Below, one piece after another: positions 25,389-36,872 of a DNA stretch of 45,585 bases. The DNA is from Candidatus Gottesmanbacteria bacterium RIFOXYB1_FULL_47_11 (GTDB lineage: Bacteria > Patescibacteriota > Microgenomatia > UBA10105 > UBA927): positions 33,201 through 78,785 of the forward strand of contig MFKE01000019.1 of assembly GCA_001779455.1 (NCBI GenBank), written 5' to 3'. A program made the translations under genes and the position numbers. The number at the start of each line of letters is the position of its first letter. Position 1 is the stretch's first letter. The notes beneath the pieces are model-generated. The model did no database searches. It worked only from the letters and a program-made list of their open reading frames with translations, and had not been told where the DNA came from.

Positions 25389-26543
25389 CTATGCTTTCTG
25401 CATTTGTTTTAATTTGAAATTGATATATAACACGGATAGCATGCAGAACTGAACGACAATTAAAGCATTGGCCGGTCCGTAGGCGTCGGCGATGATACCT
25501 AGTAGTGGCGCAAATATTGCAAAGAACACGCTGCCCAGAAAGGAATTTAATGATCCAAGGGTCGCCCGTTGTTCTTGGGTAAATTCGTTTTGCATAAGCG
25601 AGTTTTTGGCGACAGACGTCGCTCCGTAAAAAATTGATGAGGAAGACATTAGTACCGGTGAGAATAAAGTAGGGACTCCGTATGCGATAAAATTGGCAAC
25701 CCGCGTATATATATTTGCGATAATAAGCATATTATACGCACCGAGCCTCCGGATTATTTTACCGCTGAACCAGAAGCTGATAAACGCGCCGCCGTAGGAA
25801 ATCAATTTAGAAAATCCAATTGCCCAAAGCGGCCAGATTGTGCCGATAAATGCCGCTCCGAATTGAAACGCAGATTCGCCGATTCCGAAACCTAATATAT
25901 CCTGGAGACTGAGGAGCCGGAGAACTTTATTGTTCCATAGGTGCAATGCGGATATTTTAATGTGGGAAAAAATATTCGTGCTTTCCCTCGTCAACCGTTT
26001 TGGATTTGTAAGAAAGAGGGAAATAATCATGCATACTACCTGCGGCGCGACGGACGCCCACATGATGAGAGGGAAAGACCACTGAGCAGCGATGCTTCCG
26101 ATAACCGCGCCGATGGCGAGCGCACCCTGGAACATGGCGCTTGTTTTCCCTAAATAGTGGGCATACAAATCTTTTTTGCCTACCTGAGAGAGAGAATCAT
26201 GGAGAAACGCATCATTATTTCCGCTATACCAGGAACGGGATATTCCCTCAAGGATCGCTCCGGTAAACAGTATCCAATATGATTGACCGATCGCATAAAA
26301 AATTGCGGAAAGTGCTGCAAAAAAAGCACCGCAAAGCACTGTTCTTTTCCTTCCTATCAGATCAGAAAATACTCCTGTCGGAACTTCAAAAATTGCGTTG
26401 GCGGCCATAGTCACGGAAAATAAACTCATCGCCAGTGCGTATGATCCGGTTATTTGTGCAAAATAAATAACCAGGACAGCACTATGGAATTTTAAATCCG
26501 TAAAAAAATTAAACAGCGCAAGCAGTTTGATGTTCCGCTCCAT
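25389..26543 (-). CDS. MFS transporter
   Basis: EVPTGVFSDLIGRK motif A, about 12 TMs, QRAT. Confidence 0.92.
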   Translation of the reverse strand: MERNIKLLALFNFFTDLKFHSAVLVIYFAQITGSYALAMSLFSVTMAANAIFEVPTGVFSDLIGRKRTVLCGAFFAALSAIFYAIGQSYWILFTGAILEGISRSWYSGNNDAFLHDSLSQVGKKDLYAHYLGKTSAMFQGALAIGAVIGSIAAQWSFPLIMWASVAPQVVCMIISLFLTNPKRLTRESTNIFSHIKISALHLWNNKVLRLLSLQDILGFGIGESAFQFGAAFIGTIWPLWAIGFSKLISYGGAFISFWFSGKIIRRLGAYNMLIIANIYTRVANFIAYGVPTLFSPVLMSSSSIFYGATSVAKNSLMQNEFTQEQRATLGSLNSFLGSVFFAIFAPLLGIIADAYGPANALIVVQFCMLSVLYINFKLKQMQKA

Positions 26544-26552
26544 GGAGTCATT

Positions 26553-26975
26553 TTATTCCAATCCGAGGAGCTTCGCCAGCTGGCTGGTTGAAGGGGTGCG
26601 GATTTTGGGTATTTCAATGAGCGTTGCACCGATTTCTTTTGCCTGTTGGGATTTTTTACCTTTTTGAGGGTCTCCTTCGGTAAGCGCGATAACGGCAGGG
26701 CGCATGGCGCGGACAAATTCGTAATAATCGCGGTCGCCGGCCATTGGGGGCAATGCAATCACTTCATCAACGAATGAGAGAGCTTCGAGCATCTCCTTAC
26801 GTTCCTTCTGTATATGAATGGGGCGCGTGTCGCCCTTCATCCGTCGTACGTTTTCATCGGATTCAAGCGCAACCACTAAATAATCTCCCGAGGATTTCGC
26901 TTGTTTGAGAAACGATATATGGCCGTAGTGTAAGAGATCGAAGCACCCGCCGACGAGGACAATTTTTTTTGTCAT
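26553..26975 (-). CDS. Cytidylyl/adenylyltransferase (TagD/RibL family)
   Basis: GGCFDLLHYGH (HxGH), ERKEML, STS; start MTKK is ATGA-coupled to VanW. Confidence 0.85.
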   Translation of the reverse strand: MTKKIVLVGGCFDLLHYGHISFLKQAKSSGDYLVVALESDENVRRMKGDTRPIHIQKERKEMLEALSFVDEVIALPPMAGDRDYYEFVRAMRPAVIALTEGDPQKGKKSQQAKEIGATLIEIPKIRTPSTSQLAKLLGLE

Positions 26976-28351
26976 AACGCTCCTTTTAAGTATACAGCCT
27001 GCCATGGTCGGTATGTGGATGAAAAAGTTTTTTTCTGAAGAGTTTCACCGGCGCGGATAACCGAATAATCAAACGAGGCTTTGGCTCCCCAGGCGGCAAA
27101 ATCCACCTGTTTCACCGTCCCCTTGGGCAGTGTCGGATCATCCTGATAGAGGTCCGGCGGCGGGGGAGCAACATCCCACAATTTTTGATTTGTGATGTAA
27201 GAAACTCTTCCGTCACTTGTGCCGTACAATAAAAACGTCAGGGACGGCACGGAGAGATTTATTTTAGTCTGGATAAGGATATAGCCGGGAGTGTCGTTGG
27301 TAAATTTCAGATCATATGTCGGACCAAAGACGGTTGCATCAAGCCCGGGTTTGTACCCGCCTTCTTCATAGTAATGCACGCGATATGCATGCGGGTGGCG
27401 TTCAACTATTGGGAGTCCAGCCGCCAAGGCGGCGCGGAAGAGGGTCGTACTTACCTGGCATACGCCGCCGCCGTCACCCAGCACCGTGCGGCCTTCTTTA
27501 ATAATGTAGGCAGACTGGTAGCCCGTGGCGGCCGAAATATCGCCGATTGCATCGTTAAACGAAAATGTTTCGCCGGGTTTTATGAGAATCCCGTTTAGGA
27601 GTGAGGCTGCCAGACGTACGTTGTGAATTCTCCCCGCGATGGATCCGCTGAATTCGGAATATCCGGTACCGATTAGTTGTTTGATGCCAAACGTATTGGC
27701 CCGGTCCGTAGTAATTGACGGGTAGACGGCCTCAATCGGTATAAGGACGGTAAGTCTCTGGGAGCCGGTTTTTGCGGCAGAAAAGAATGCTTCGTAAATT
27801 CTTTTTTCCGCTTCGGTCCTGTTGAGTCGCCTTCCTTCTTTGGACGGGCGAAATGCTTTCACCTTCCCATTTTCAAATTGGAACAGCGCCTCATCCGCAG
27901 GTGCGTCTACATGTTTTCCGATCGTATCAAGAGCTGTCCTGATGCGGTCGGTGTTCCACCGGAAATATGGCTGAAGGTTCACGTTCGTTTGAGTGAGCTT
28001 GGTGACAACATTGCTTATTCGAGAAGGCGATCTGCCGACGAGATATGCCTGTGTGGCCGAAAGCGTGGCATCATATCCAAGATCCAAATCCGTGCCGGAA
28101 ATGGTGGCGATGGCGCCGTCGTAACTGAGTTCAAGCTGTGTACTTGAAAACACCGTGTTTCTCGTCAGCCAATACGTCTTCACTTCCTCAGGAGTTTGAC
28201 CGGAAAATGAGATGGTATCGATAGATACATGCGGGTATACACGGCCTTTATAGCGGCGTTCAAATGCCCAACATACAATCACTATAGTTGCGCACACAAT
28301 AAGGGCTGCATATATGGCGAAGGTTTTCGTCTTGTGCTTTACCGGGTGCAT
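26972..28351 (-). CDS. VanW-family protein with peptidoglycan-binding domain
   Basis: RIHNVRLA, PGETFSFN, GGGVCQVSTTLF, ERHPH, GLDATV. Confidence 0.9.
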   Translation of the reverse strand: MHPVKHKTKTFAIYAALIVCATIVIVCWAFERRYKGRVYPHVSIDTISFSGQTPEEVKTYWLTRNTVFSSTQLELSYDGAIATISGTDLDLGYDATLSATQAYLVGRSPSRISNVVTKLTQTNVNLQPYFRWNTDRIRTALDTIGKHVDAPADEALFQFENGKVKAFRPSKEGRRLNRTEAEKRIYEAFFSAAKTGSQRLTVLIPIEAVYPSITTDRANTFGIKQLIGTGYSEFSGSIAGRIHNVRLAASLLNGILIKPGETFSFNDAIGDISAATGYQSAYIIKEGRTVLGDGGGVCQVSTTLFRAALAAGLPIVERHPHAYRVHYYEEGGYKPGLDATVFGPTYDLKFTNDTPGYILIQTKINLSVPSLTFLLYGTSDGRVSYITNQKLWDVAPPPPDLYQDDPTLPKGTVKQVDFAAWGAKASFDYSVIRAGETLQKKTFSSTYRPWQAVYLKGAL

Positions 28352-28383
28352 GATATGATAATTATACCGAATATTTTTTATTT

Positions 28384-30090
28384 ATGGACGACCTGTTGCC
28401 CTCGCCAACTCCATCTTCCGATTCCGGTGATCCACTATCACCATCTCCAACCTCCCCGGCACTTCCGGCGGAGTCTTCGGTGAAGCCGATTTTAGAACCT
28501 CCCATGCCTGCTGCGCCCCCTGCGCAGGACTTGCCCAATCAGGATCAGGTAGCCGTAGATGTTCCGGAAAATCCTCCGCAGGATTGGGGTATAGGTGCGG
28601 TACCGGCCGCGCCGACCCCGGAATCGACTGCACCCGTACCGGAACCGGCCGCTCCGTCACCGGGCGCAATGGGCGGGGAAACACTCGTTATTCCGCCGAC
28701 AGAAGCTCCAAATAATCCGTTTATTCCGCAGGAAAATGCGCCTGCGGCCGGGCCGACAACTTCCGGCAAAAAACCCTTCGGGAAGCGGATTCTGTCCCTA
28801 CTTATGATAATCATTGTACTGGCTCTTCTTGCGGGAGTAGGATATTTCGTGTATGGAAAGTTTTTCGCGCCATCTGCAAAAGGGGCGACACTCGTCTATT
28901 GGGGCCTATGGGAGACAAGTGCGGTTACACAAGGAGTGATTGCGGACTTCCAAGCAGCAAACCCGAATATTAAAGTCGAATATGTCAAACAATCGCCACG
29001 TCAATACCGTGAGCGTCTGCAGGCTGCAATCGCCCGGGGAGATGGGCCGGACGTGTTTGAATTTCATAATACCTGGGTGCCGATGTTCCGGAATGAACTT
29101 ATGGCCGCGCCGCCCGACATTATGACGCCCGCCGAGTTTAGTACGATATTTTATCCGGTGGCCTCAGCGGATCTGGTCGGCGGATCGTCCGTATACGGGA
29201 TGCCCATGATGTTTGACGGTTTGGCTCTCTATTACAATACGGATCTTTTGTCGGCGGCAGGCGTTAATCCGCCGACAACCTGGCCGGAGATGTTGGAAGT
29301 TGTCCCCAAGCTTACGGTTAAAACCGATACGCAAATACAAAAATCCGCAATTGCACTTGGCACGACCGGCAATATTGAGCACTTCAGCGACATTATTGCC
29401 CTTATGATGATGCAGGATGGCGCCCGGTTGATCGCTCCGACCGGCAAAGAAGCGGAAGAGACACTGTTATTTTACCGTAAATTTTCCAATCCGTCCGATC
29501 CGGTATATACATGGAATGACGCGATGGATAATTCCGTCTATGCGTTTGCCACTGGTAAGGTCGCCATGATACTTGCCCCGTCGTGGCGGGTATTTGACGT
29601 GAAGCAAATTAACCCGTCAATCAACTTCAGAACTGGACCCGTTCCGCAATTGCCGGGTAATACCGTCAACTGGGCAAGTTATTGGGTTGAGGGAGTATCG
29701 ACCAAATCCAAAGACCCAACTGCAGCTTGGACATTCGTCAAGTATCTGACGAGTAGCGATGCAGTGATGAAGCTATACGAAGAAGCATCCAAAACGCGGT
29801 TGTTCGGAGAGCCGTATGCACGGGTGGAATTGGGAGCAACACTCGCGGAAGATCCCTATGTCGGTGCGTACATGAAGGGCGCACCGACTGCCAAGTCATT
29901 TCCATTGGCATCGCGCACGTTTGACAACGGATTAAATGACAAATTGATTCAATATCTGACTGACGCGGTGAATGCTGTGGGTGCGGGGACTGCTCCGCAA
30001 CAAGCGCTTGAAACCATGTCACAGGGATTTGCTCAAGTTTTAGGAGACTACGGATTATCAGTCGGAGCTGCCCCGGCAACAACTCCATAG
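28384..30090 (+). CDS. Carbohydrate-type extracellular solute-binding protein with Pro-rich cytoplasmic N-terminus
   Basis: About 130-aa Pro/acidic region, TM, then NPNIKVEY, GPDVF, LYYNTDL, PTTW, FATGKVAM. Confidence 0.88.
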   Translation: MDDLLPSPTPSSDSGDPLSPSPTSPALPAESSVKPILEPPMPAAPPAQDLPNQDQVAVDVPENPPQDWGIGAVPAAPTPESTAPVPEPAAPSPGAMGGETLVIPPTEAPNNPFIPQENAPAAGPTTSGKKPFGKRILSLLMIIIVLALLAGVGYFVYGKFFAPSAKGATLVYWGLWETSAVTQGVIADFQAANPNIKVEYVKQSPRQYRERLQAAIARGDGPDVFEFHNTWVPMFRNELMAAPPDIMTPAEFSTIFYPVASADLVGGSSVYGMPMMFDGLALYYNTDLLSAAGVNPPTTWPEMLEVVPKLTVKTDTQIQKSAIALGTTGNIEHFSDIIALMMMQDGARLIAPTGKEAEETLLFYRKFSNPSDPVYTWNDAMDNSVYAFATGKVAMILAPSWRVFDVKQINPSINFRTGPVPQLPGNTVNWASYWVEGVSTKSKDPTAAWTFVKYLTSSDAVMKLYEEASKTRLFGEPYARVELGATLAEDPYVGAYMKGAPTAKSFPLASRTFDNGLNDKLIQYLTDAVNAVGAGTAPQQALETMSQGFAQVLGDYGLSVGAAPATTP

Positions 30091-30091
30091 C

Positions 30092-30937
30092 ATGGACGAT
30101 GCGGCGATTGCTACTATCGCATACGCAGATGTGTTTGACTATCCGCTTAGGCGCGATGAACTGGTCCGATGGATGATGTTTGACGGAAAGGTTCCGAAAC
30201 AAGAAAAGCGTTTTTATTATTTACCCGGGCGGACTCATCTCATTGCGATACGGCGTAAGCGGGCAAAGTGGCAACAGGAGAAATGGAGTATTGCCGAGCG
30301 CGTAGCTAGGATATTGTCAATAATTCCCACTCTGCAGCTTATCGGTGTTACCGGCGGGCTTGCGATGGATAATGCCGGCCAACAGGACGATGTCGATTTG
30401 TTTTTTATAGTTTCTGACGGCACTTTATGGGTAAGCCGGTTGTTGGCAACGGTATTGATTGAGTTGTTGGGGATACGCCGGAGGCCAAATGATACCTCGG
30501 TAGCCAACAAAGTGTGTCTCAATATGTTTATGACGGAATGCGGCCTAGCGATTTCTATGGGAGAACGTGATTGTTTTTCGGCACACGAAGTCTTGCAGAT
30601 GCGGCCCCTGTGGGAACGGGGAAATATATATAAAAGATTTTTGAAAGCAAACGGATGGGTGAAGATGTACTTACCGAATGCGTGGAAGGAAAGAGGGAAT
30701 AGTAAATGGTTACCGGTACACAGGAAGGATCAATCAAATATTCTATTTTCTATTCTCGAACCTTTTGCGAAAAAAGCGCAGCTTTGGTATATGAAAAAGC
30801 ACCGCACAAATGAGGTAATCAGCGATACAACTCTCCGTTTTCATCCCAATGATGCACGCCTTTGGATCAAACGAAAGCTTGCCGCGCGCCTGGCACGGTA
30901 TCATATCCCCCTTGACAAGATTTTCTACGCAAGCTAA
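30092..30937 (+). CDS. Pol-beta-superfamily nucleotidyltransferase-like protein
   Basis: GVTGGLA-x8-DVDLF fits the hG[GS]...DhD motif; KVCLN; FHP. Confidence 0.6.
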   Translation: MDDAAIATIAYADVFDYPLRRDELVRWMMFDGKVPKQEKRFYYLPGRTHLIAIRRKRAKWQQEKWSIAERVARILSIIPTLQLIGVTGGLAMDNAGQQDDVDLFFIVSDGTLWVSRLLATVLIELLGIRRRPNDTSVANKVCLNMFMTECGLAISMGERDCFSAHEVLQMRPLWERGNIYKRFLKANGWVKMYLPNAWKERGNSKWLPVHRKDQSNILFSILEPFAKKAQLWYMKKHRTNEVISDTTLRFHPNDARLWIKRKLAARLARYHIPLDKIFYAS

Positions 30938-30940
30938 AAT
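30912..30940 (+). promoter_or_regulatory. Sigma70 promoter of groESL
   Basis: TTGACA(30912-30917)-17 nt-TAAAAT(30935-30940). Confidence 0.85.
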
Positions 30941-30965
30941 AGCACTCATCGTAAAAGAGTGATAA
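30939..30965 (+). promoter_or_regulatory. CIRCE element (HrcA operator)
   Basis: ATAGCACTC-N9-GAGTGATAA versus consensus TTAGCACTC-N9-GAGTGCTAA (8/9 in each arm), between the -10 box and the groES SD. Confidence 0.9.
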
Positions 30966-30976
30966 AAGGAGGACCC

Positions 30977-32966
<1,990 letters not shown>

Positions 32967-32993
32967 ATGAGTAAATAGATAATATAAAACAAG

Positions 32994-33020
32994 AAGCCCT
33001 CGAGTCATCGGGGGCTTTTT
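32994..33020 (+). terminator. Intrinsic terminator of groESL
   Basis: AAGCCCTCGA-gtca-TCGGGGGCTT followed by further Ts. Confidence 0.85.
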
Positions 33021-33034
33021 GGTATAGTAAGTCC

Positions 33035-33661
33035 ATGCAGAAACAATCACTTGGTTCTATGGTTTGTGTTTTTTTGGTTATTATGATCGTTTGGGCCGGA
33101 TACCGGTATTTTTTTATTCTACCGGAATGGGCTGATGAATTTATCGTAAAACCGCTTATTTATTTGCTACCGCTTCTTATAGTCAAAAATTCGTTTGCTG
33201 GATTAGGCATTACAAAAAACAAATTTTGGTTCTATGTACTATTAGGATTAGGCCTCGGTATACTTTTTTTGATTGAATCCATATTGGTGAAATTTTTTAA
33301 GTACGGAGCTATTCAGATGTTGACGGTATCTCCATCGGGCTTACTTTTTAATCTCTGTATTGCGCTGGCAACGGGTTTTACAGAAGAAACAGTATTCCGG
33401 GGATATTTTTTTCAACGATTCATGGGGGTTTTTACAAATGAGATGTTAGCAAACATTATTAGTTCATTTATGTTTACCATTATCCATTTGCCTTTAGCGA
33501 TATTTTCACTTCATTATTCTGGCAAAGATTTATTTATGTATTGTGTGCAAATTTATGCACTGGGGACTATTTTTGCATTCGTTTTCGCACGCGTTAAAAG
33601 CATCATTCCGACTAGCATTGCTCATGCTATCTGGAATTTTTCTAATGTGTTTATTAAATAA
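33035..33661 (+). CDS. CPBP/CAAX (Abi) family intramembrane metalloprotease
   Basis: EETVFRG, FTIIH, HAIWN; multiple TMs. Confidence 0.9.
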   Translation: MQKQSLGSMVCVFLVIMIVWAGYRYFFILPEWADEFIVKPLIYLLPLLIVKNSFAGLGITKNKFWFYVLLGLGLGILFLIESILVKFFKYGAIQMLTVSPSGLLFNLCIALATGFTEETVFRGYFFQRFMGVFTNEMLANIISSFMFTIIHLPLAIFSLHYSGKDLFMYCVQIYALGTIFAFVFARVKSIIPTSIAHAIWNFSNVFIK

Positions 33662-33664
33662 TTT

Positions 33665-34105
33665 ATGCTTAAACATTTTTCCGCGACGGTGTATGCGGTG
33701 AGAGTAATGGGTGGAGAGCCGAAGGTGCTTTTGCATCTGCATAAAAAACATAACAATTGGTATGGACTCGGGGGACACGTAGAAAGCGATGAGGATCCCA
33801 TGGCAGCAGCAATCCGTGAGGTCAAGGAAGAGGCCGGGATTAATATAACAATTCTCCCGTCAAAAAAATTACATCATTTCAAACACGCGGATGAAGTGAC
33901 TCCGCCACTTTTTATTTTTGATCAGGAGATAGACGGCACTCATCGGCATATCGATTGTATATATGTCGGAACGAGCAAAGATAAAGTGAAGATGCTAGAG
34001 CAGTATAAATGGTTTTCCATGGGTGACTTAGATTCAGTGGACCTGCAGGAAGATACGCGGTATATTGCAAAAGAAGCGATTACTTATTTTAAAAATCATA
34101 TATGA
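33665..34105 (+). CDS. NUDIX hydrolase
   Basis: GGHVESDEDPMAAAIREVKEEAG Nudix box. Confidence 0.9.
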   Translation: MLKHFSATVYAVRVMGGEPKVLLHLHKKHNNWYGLGGHVESDEDPMAAAIREVKEEAGINITILPSKKLHHFKHADEVTPPLFIFDQEIDGTHRHIDCIYVGTSKDKVKMLEQYKWFSMGDLDSVDLQEDTRYIAKEAITYFKNHI

Positions 34106-34986
34106 AGCAATTTTATTTGGCGGAAATTGTGACGAAAGACAAACTCATTCACGAGGGTATTTATTATGAACCCAAGAATAAAGAGAAGAGGGCGCTTCTC
34201 TGGATGCACGGCTTGAGCGCCTCCTTTCATAGCGGTGTGAGTCTATACGAAGCAGTCGCTTCCGCTGTGGAGAAACAAGGGTGGGGATTTGCACTATTTA
34301 ATAACCGGGGACATGATCTGATTGCAGGTGTCCGCAAGAAGGACGGCACGCCGCCATACGGGTATTCTTATTATCAGGCCGGGGCCGGACAGGAAATATT
34401 TGAAGAAAGTGTATTGGATATCGACGCGGGGATAGATTTTTTGGTGAAGAAGGGTTACTCGGAAATAGTGCTTGTCGGTCACAGCACCGGCGCCAACAAA
34501 GCCTGCTACTACGCTGCGACACAGAAGAATCCGCATGTTATCGGTGTCGTGTTGTCCGGCCCGATGAGCGACCGGCTGCATGGGATTACAGACTGGGAAA
34601 AGTTTAGGAAAGACCTTGTGTACATGCATAAACTGGCGGATGTTGGGAGAGGCAATGAGCTTCTTTTGGGGTATTTCTTTTTCCCGATTACACCGAAGCG
34701 GTTTCTCAGTTTATTTGAACCACAATCAAGTGAAGACGTGTTTGATTATGGGGAACCGAAACCGAGACTCAAATATTTTTCCCGAATTACCCTTCCGCTT
34801 CTTGTACATTTAGCCGGGAAAGATGAGGGTGCAGATCGGCCGATAGAAGAAATTCAAAAAGCCTTTGATGTGCAGTCAAAATCTCCGAAATATAAAAGCG
34901 TGATTATCCCGGGCGCTCTTCACCGGTTTACCGGTCATGAGCGGGAGGCCGTCGCCGCCATTGTCGACTGGGTAAAAACGATTTAA
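34102..34986 (+). CDS. Alpha/beta hydrolase (DUF1749-like)
   Basis: HGL, GHSTG nucleophile elbow, GKDE, ALH. Confidence 0.85.
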   Translation: MKQFYLAEIVTKDKLIHEGIYYEPKNKEKRALLWMHGLSASFHSGVSLYEAVASAVEKQGWGFALFNNRGHDLIAGVRKKDGTPPYGYSYYQAGAGQEIFEESVLDIDAGIDFLVKKGYSEIVLVGHSTGANKACYYAATQKNPHVIGVVLSGPMSDRLHGITDWEKFRKDLVYMHKLADVGRGNELLLGYFFFPITPKRFLSLFEPQSSEDVFDYGEPKPRLKYFSRITLPLLVHLAGKDEGADRPIEEIQKAFDVQSKSPKYKSVIIPGALHRFTGHEREAVAAIVDWVKTI

Positions 34987-35033
34987 CGTTTGAGTTGCTG
35001 CGGATTGACCCTCTGTGCTATGATCGTATTGTA

Positions 35034-35930
35034 ATGAAGCGCAAAATCCTCTTTTTAGTCGGTTTAGTCGGACTCGTCATTGTGGTTGCATTGGTAGTGA
35101 AAACCCTGACGAACCGCAGTCCAAAACAGGGAGAGCTTCGGGTCGACAGCTCACCGGCCGCGTCAATATTCTTGAACAACAAAAATATTGGCAGAAGCCC
35201 ATTTACGGACAAAGTAACCGCGGGTTCCTACACCCTCAAACTTGTTCCGGATTCGGTATCCACACAACTTTCCCCATGGGAAGGTCAGATTGTCGTCGGA
35301 CAAAATGTTCTCACATATGTAAACGCGACCCTGGCCCAGTCAGAACTCACGACCGCTGTGGACATCTTGTGGCTTGAAAAGATTTCTAGTAAAAACTCTG
35401 AGCTTTCGGTGACCACGACTCCTGACGGCGCAACCGTGATGGTGGACGATGCAACCCGCGGGATTACACCGCTGACTCTTGCGGATATTACCCCGGGCGA
35501 TCACACGGTGACGATTACCAGCGTCGGGTTTCTTACCCGTACACTGAAGGTGAAGTTAACTGCCGGTTACCGGCTCATCGTGACCATGAGGATGGGACTT
35601 GCCCCCGGCGGGCAGGCGCCTGTTGCGAGCCCGACGGCTGCCCTGACTCTCACCGGCAGCGTGACCCCTACGCCAAAGACGGCAACATCTTCAGCCACCG
35701 CTCCGGATCCGGCGAAACCGTTTATCACCATTAAAGATACGCCGACAGGATTTTTGCGTGTCCGCATGGAAGCCGGAACCAGCGCTACGGAAGCCGGACG
35801 CGTGAATCCGGGCGATAAGTTTACGATTCTGGAAACCCACACGGTGAGCGACACCCCCTGGTACCAGATTAAATATGACGGGACAAATACCGGTTGGGTG
35901 AGCGGACAATACACCACGAAGACGGAATAA
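35034..35930 (+). CDS. Membrane-anchored protein with two PEGA domains, Thr/Pro linker and SH3b domain
   Basis: DSSPAASIFLN, TTPDGATVMVD, LRVR...WYQI...GWVS; start MKRK 9 nt after TATGAT. Confidence 0.85.
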   Translation: MKRKILFLVGLVGLVIVVALVVKTLTNRSPKQGELRVDSSPAASIFLNNKNIGRSPFTDKVTAGSYTLKLVPDSVSTQLSPWEGQIVVGQNVLTYVNATLAQSELTTAVDILWLEKISSKNSELSVTTTPDGATVMVDDATRGITPLTLADITPGDHTVTITSVGFLTRTLKVKLTAGYRLIVTMRMGLAPGGQAPVASPTAALTLTGSVTPTPKTATSSATAPDPAKPFITIKDTPTGFLRVRMEAGTSATEAGRVNPGDKFTILETHTVSDTPWYQIKYDGTNTGWVSGQYTTKTE

Positions 35931-35933
35931 CCC

Positions 35934-36872
35934 TCATCCTCCGATTCCGTAGACAACAATGAAGATGCTCGTTATCCAGAGAATCACGGTCGTCAGAAGC
36001 GGTGCGTCCGAGGTGAGTATTTTTTCCGGCGATTCGCCTTTACCTTCATAAATCAGCTGCATATACCGCATAATACCGAACAGTACAAACGGAACACTGG
36101 CCATCAGCCATTTGCGGCCGGAAATATCGAGCGTAAATTCGTTATAGTTGCGGAAAAATAATCCAGGGGTAGACGGCCGCTCCAGAAATGTGTAGAAGGC
36201 GTATGTGATGAAAGTGCTGTTGGCAAACATTGCCGTATAGGTATCCAGTAATTTTTCGGAGTAGTGAGACAGGGATTCCCGCGTATCCTGCGGGACGACT
36301 CCTTTGTATTTCTGGATCAGGGTGAGTTCTGCCCGACGCTTTCCGATTGCCAAAAACAGCGCAAGGGAGAGCGCGGCAAGGGCAAGCCATATGGAAATAT
36401 GGTAGCCTGTCGCCGCTTCGCCTGCGTAGACGCGCAGGAAGTAGGCAGTCGTTATCGTCAGGATATCTATGACGCTGATGTGCTTGAAAAACAGGGTATA
36501 GGAGTACTGGAGTGCAAGAAATAATATTGAGAGTATAAAAAACGAGCCTCCGATTATATAGGCAATAGTCAGCCCTGTTATGCCAAAGATAAGTGAAACC
36601 AGGAGTGCAATCCTAACCGGGAGTTTTCCGCTTGCGACAGGACGGAATTTTTTAAACGGATGCTTGCGGTCCTTTTGCGCATCCAGGATGTCATTAAAGA
36701 TATAGTTGGATGATGACAGTAAACAGAATGCGACGAATCCGTAAAGCGTAGCGGTCATCGCCTTGGGGTCAAAGAACCGTCCAGTGAACAGGATGGTCGT
36801 AAACAGCGCGAAGTTTTTTATCCACTGTCTGGGTCTCGCGGTTTTGAGAATTCCGTAAAGAATCGTACCCAT
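35934..36872 (-). CDS. UbiA-family prenyltransferase, decaprenyl-phosphate phosphoribosyltransferase-like
   Basis: RPRQWIKN, YIFNDILD, DRKHPFKKFRPVASG, KRRAEL. Confidence 0.88.
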   Translation of the reverse strand: MGTILYGILKTARPRQWIKNFALFTTILFTGRFFDPKAMTATLYGFVAFCLLSSSNYIFNDILDAQKDRKHPFKKFRPVASGKLPVRIALLVSLIFGITGLTIAYIIGGSFFILSILFLALQYSYTLFFKHISVIDILTITTAYFLRVYAGEAATGYHISIWLALAALSLALFLAIGKRRAELTLIQKYKGVVPQDTRESLSHYSEKLLDTYTAMFANSTFITYAFYTFLERPSTPGLFFRNYNEFTLDISGRKWLMASVPFVLFGIMRYMQLIYEGKGESPEKILTSDAPLLTTVILWITSIFIVVYGIGG

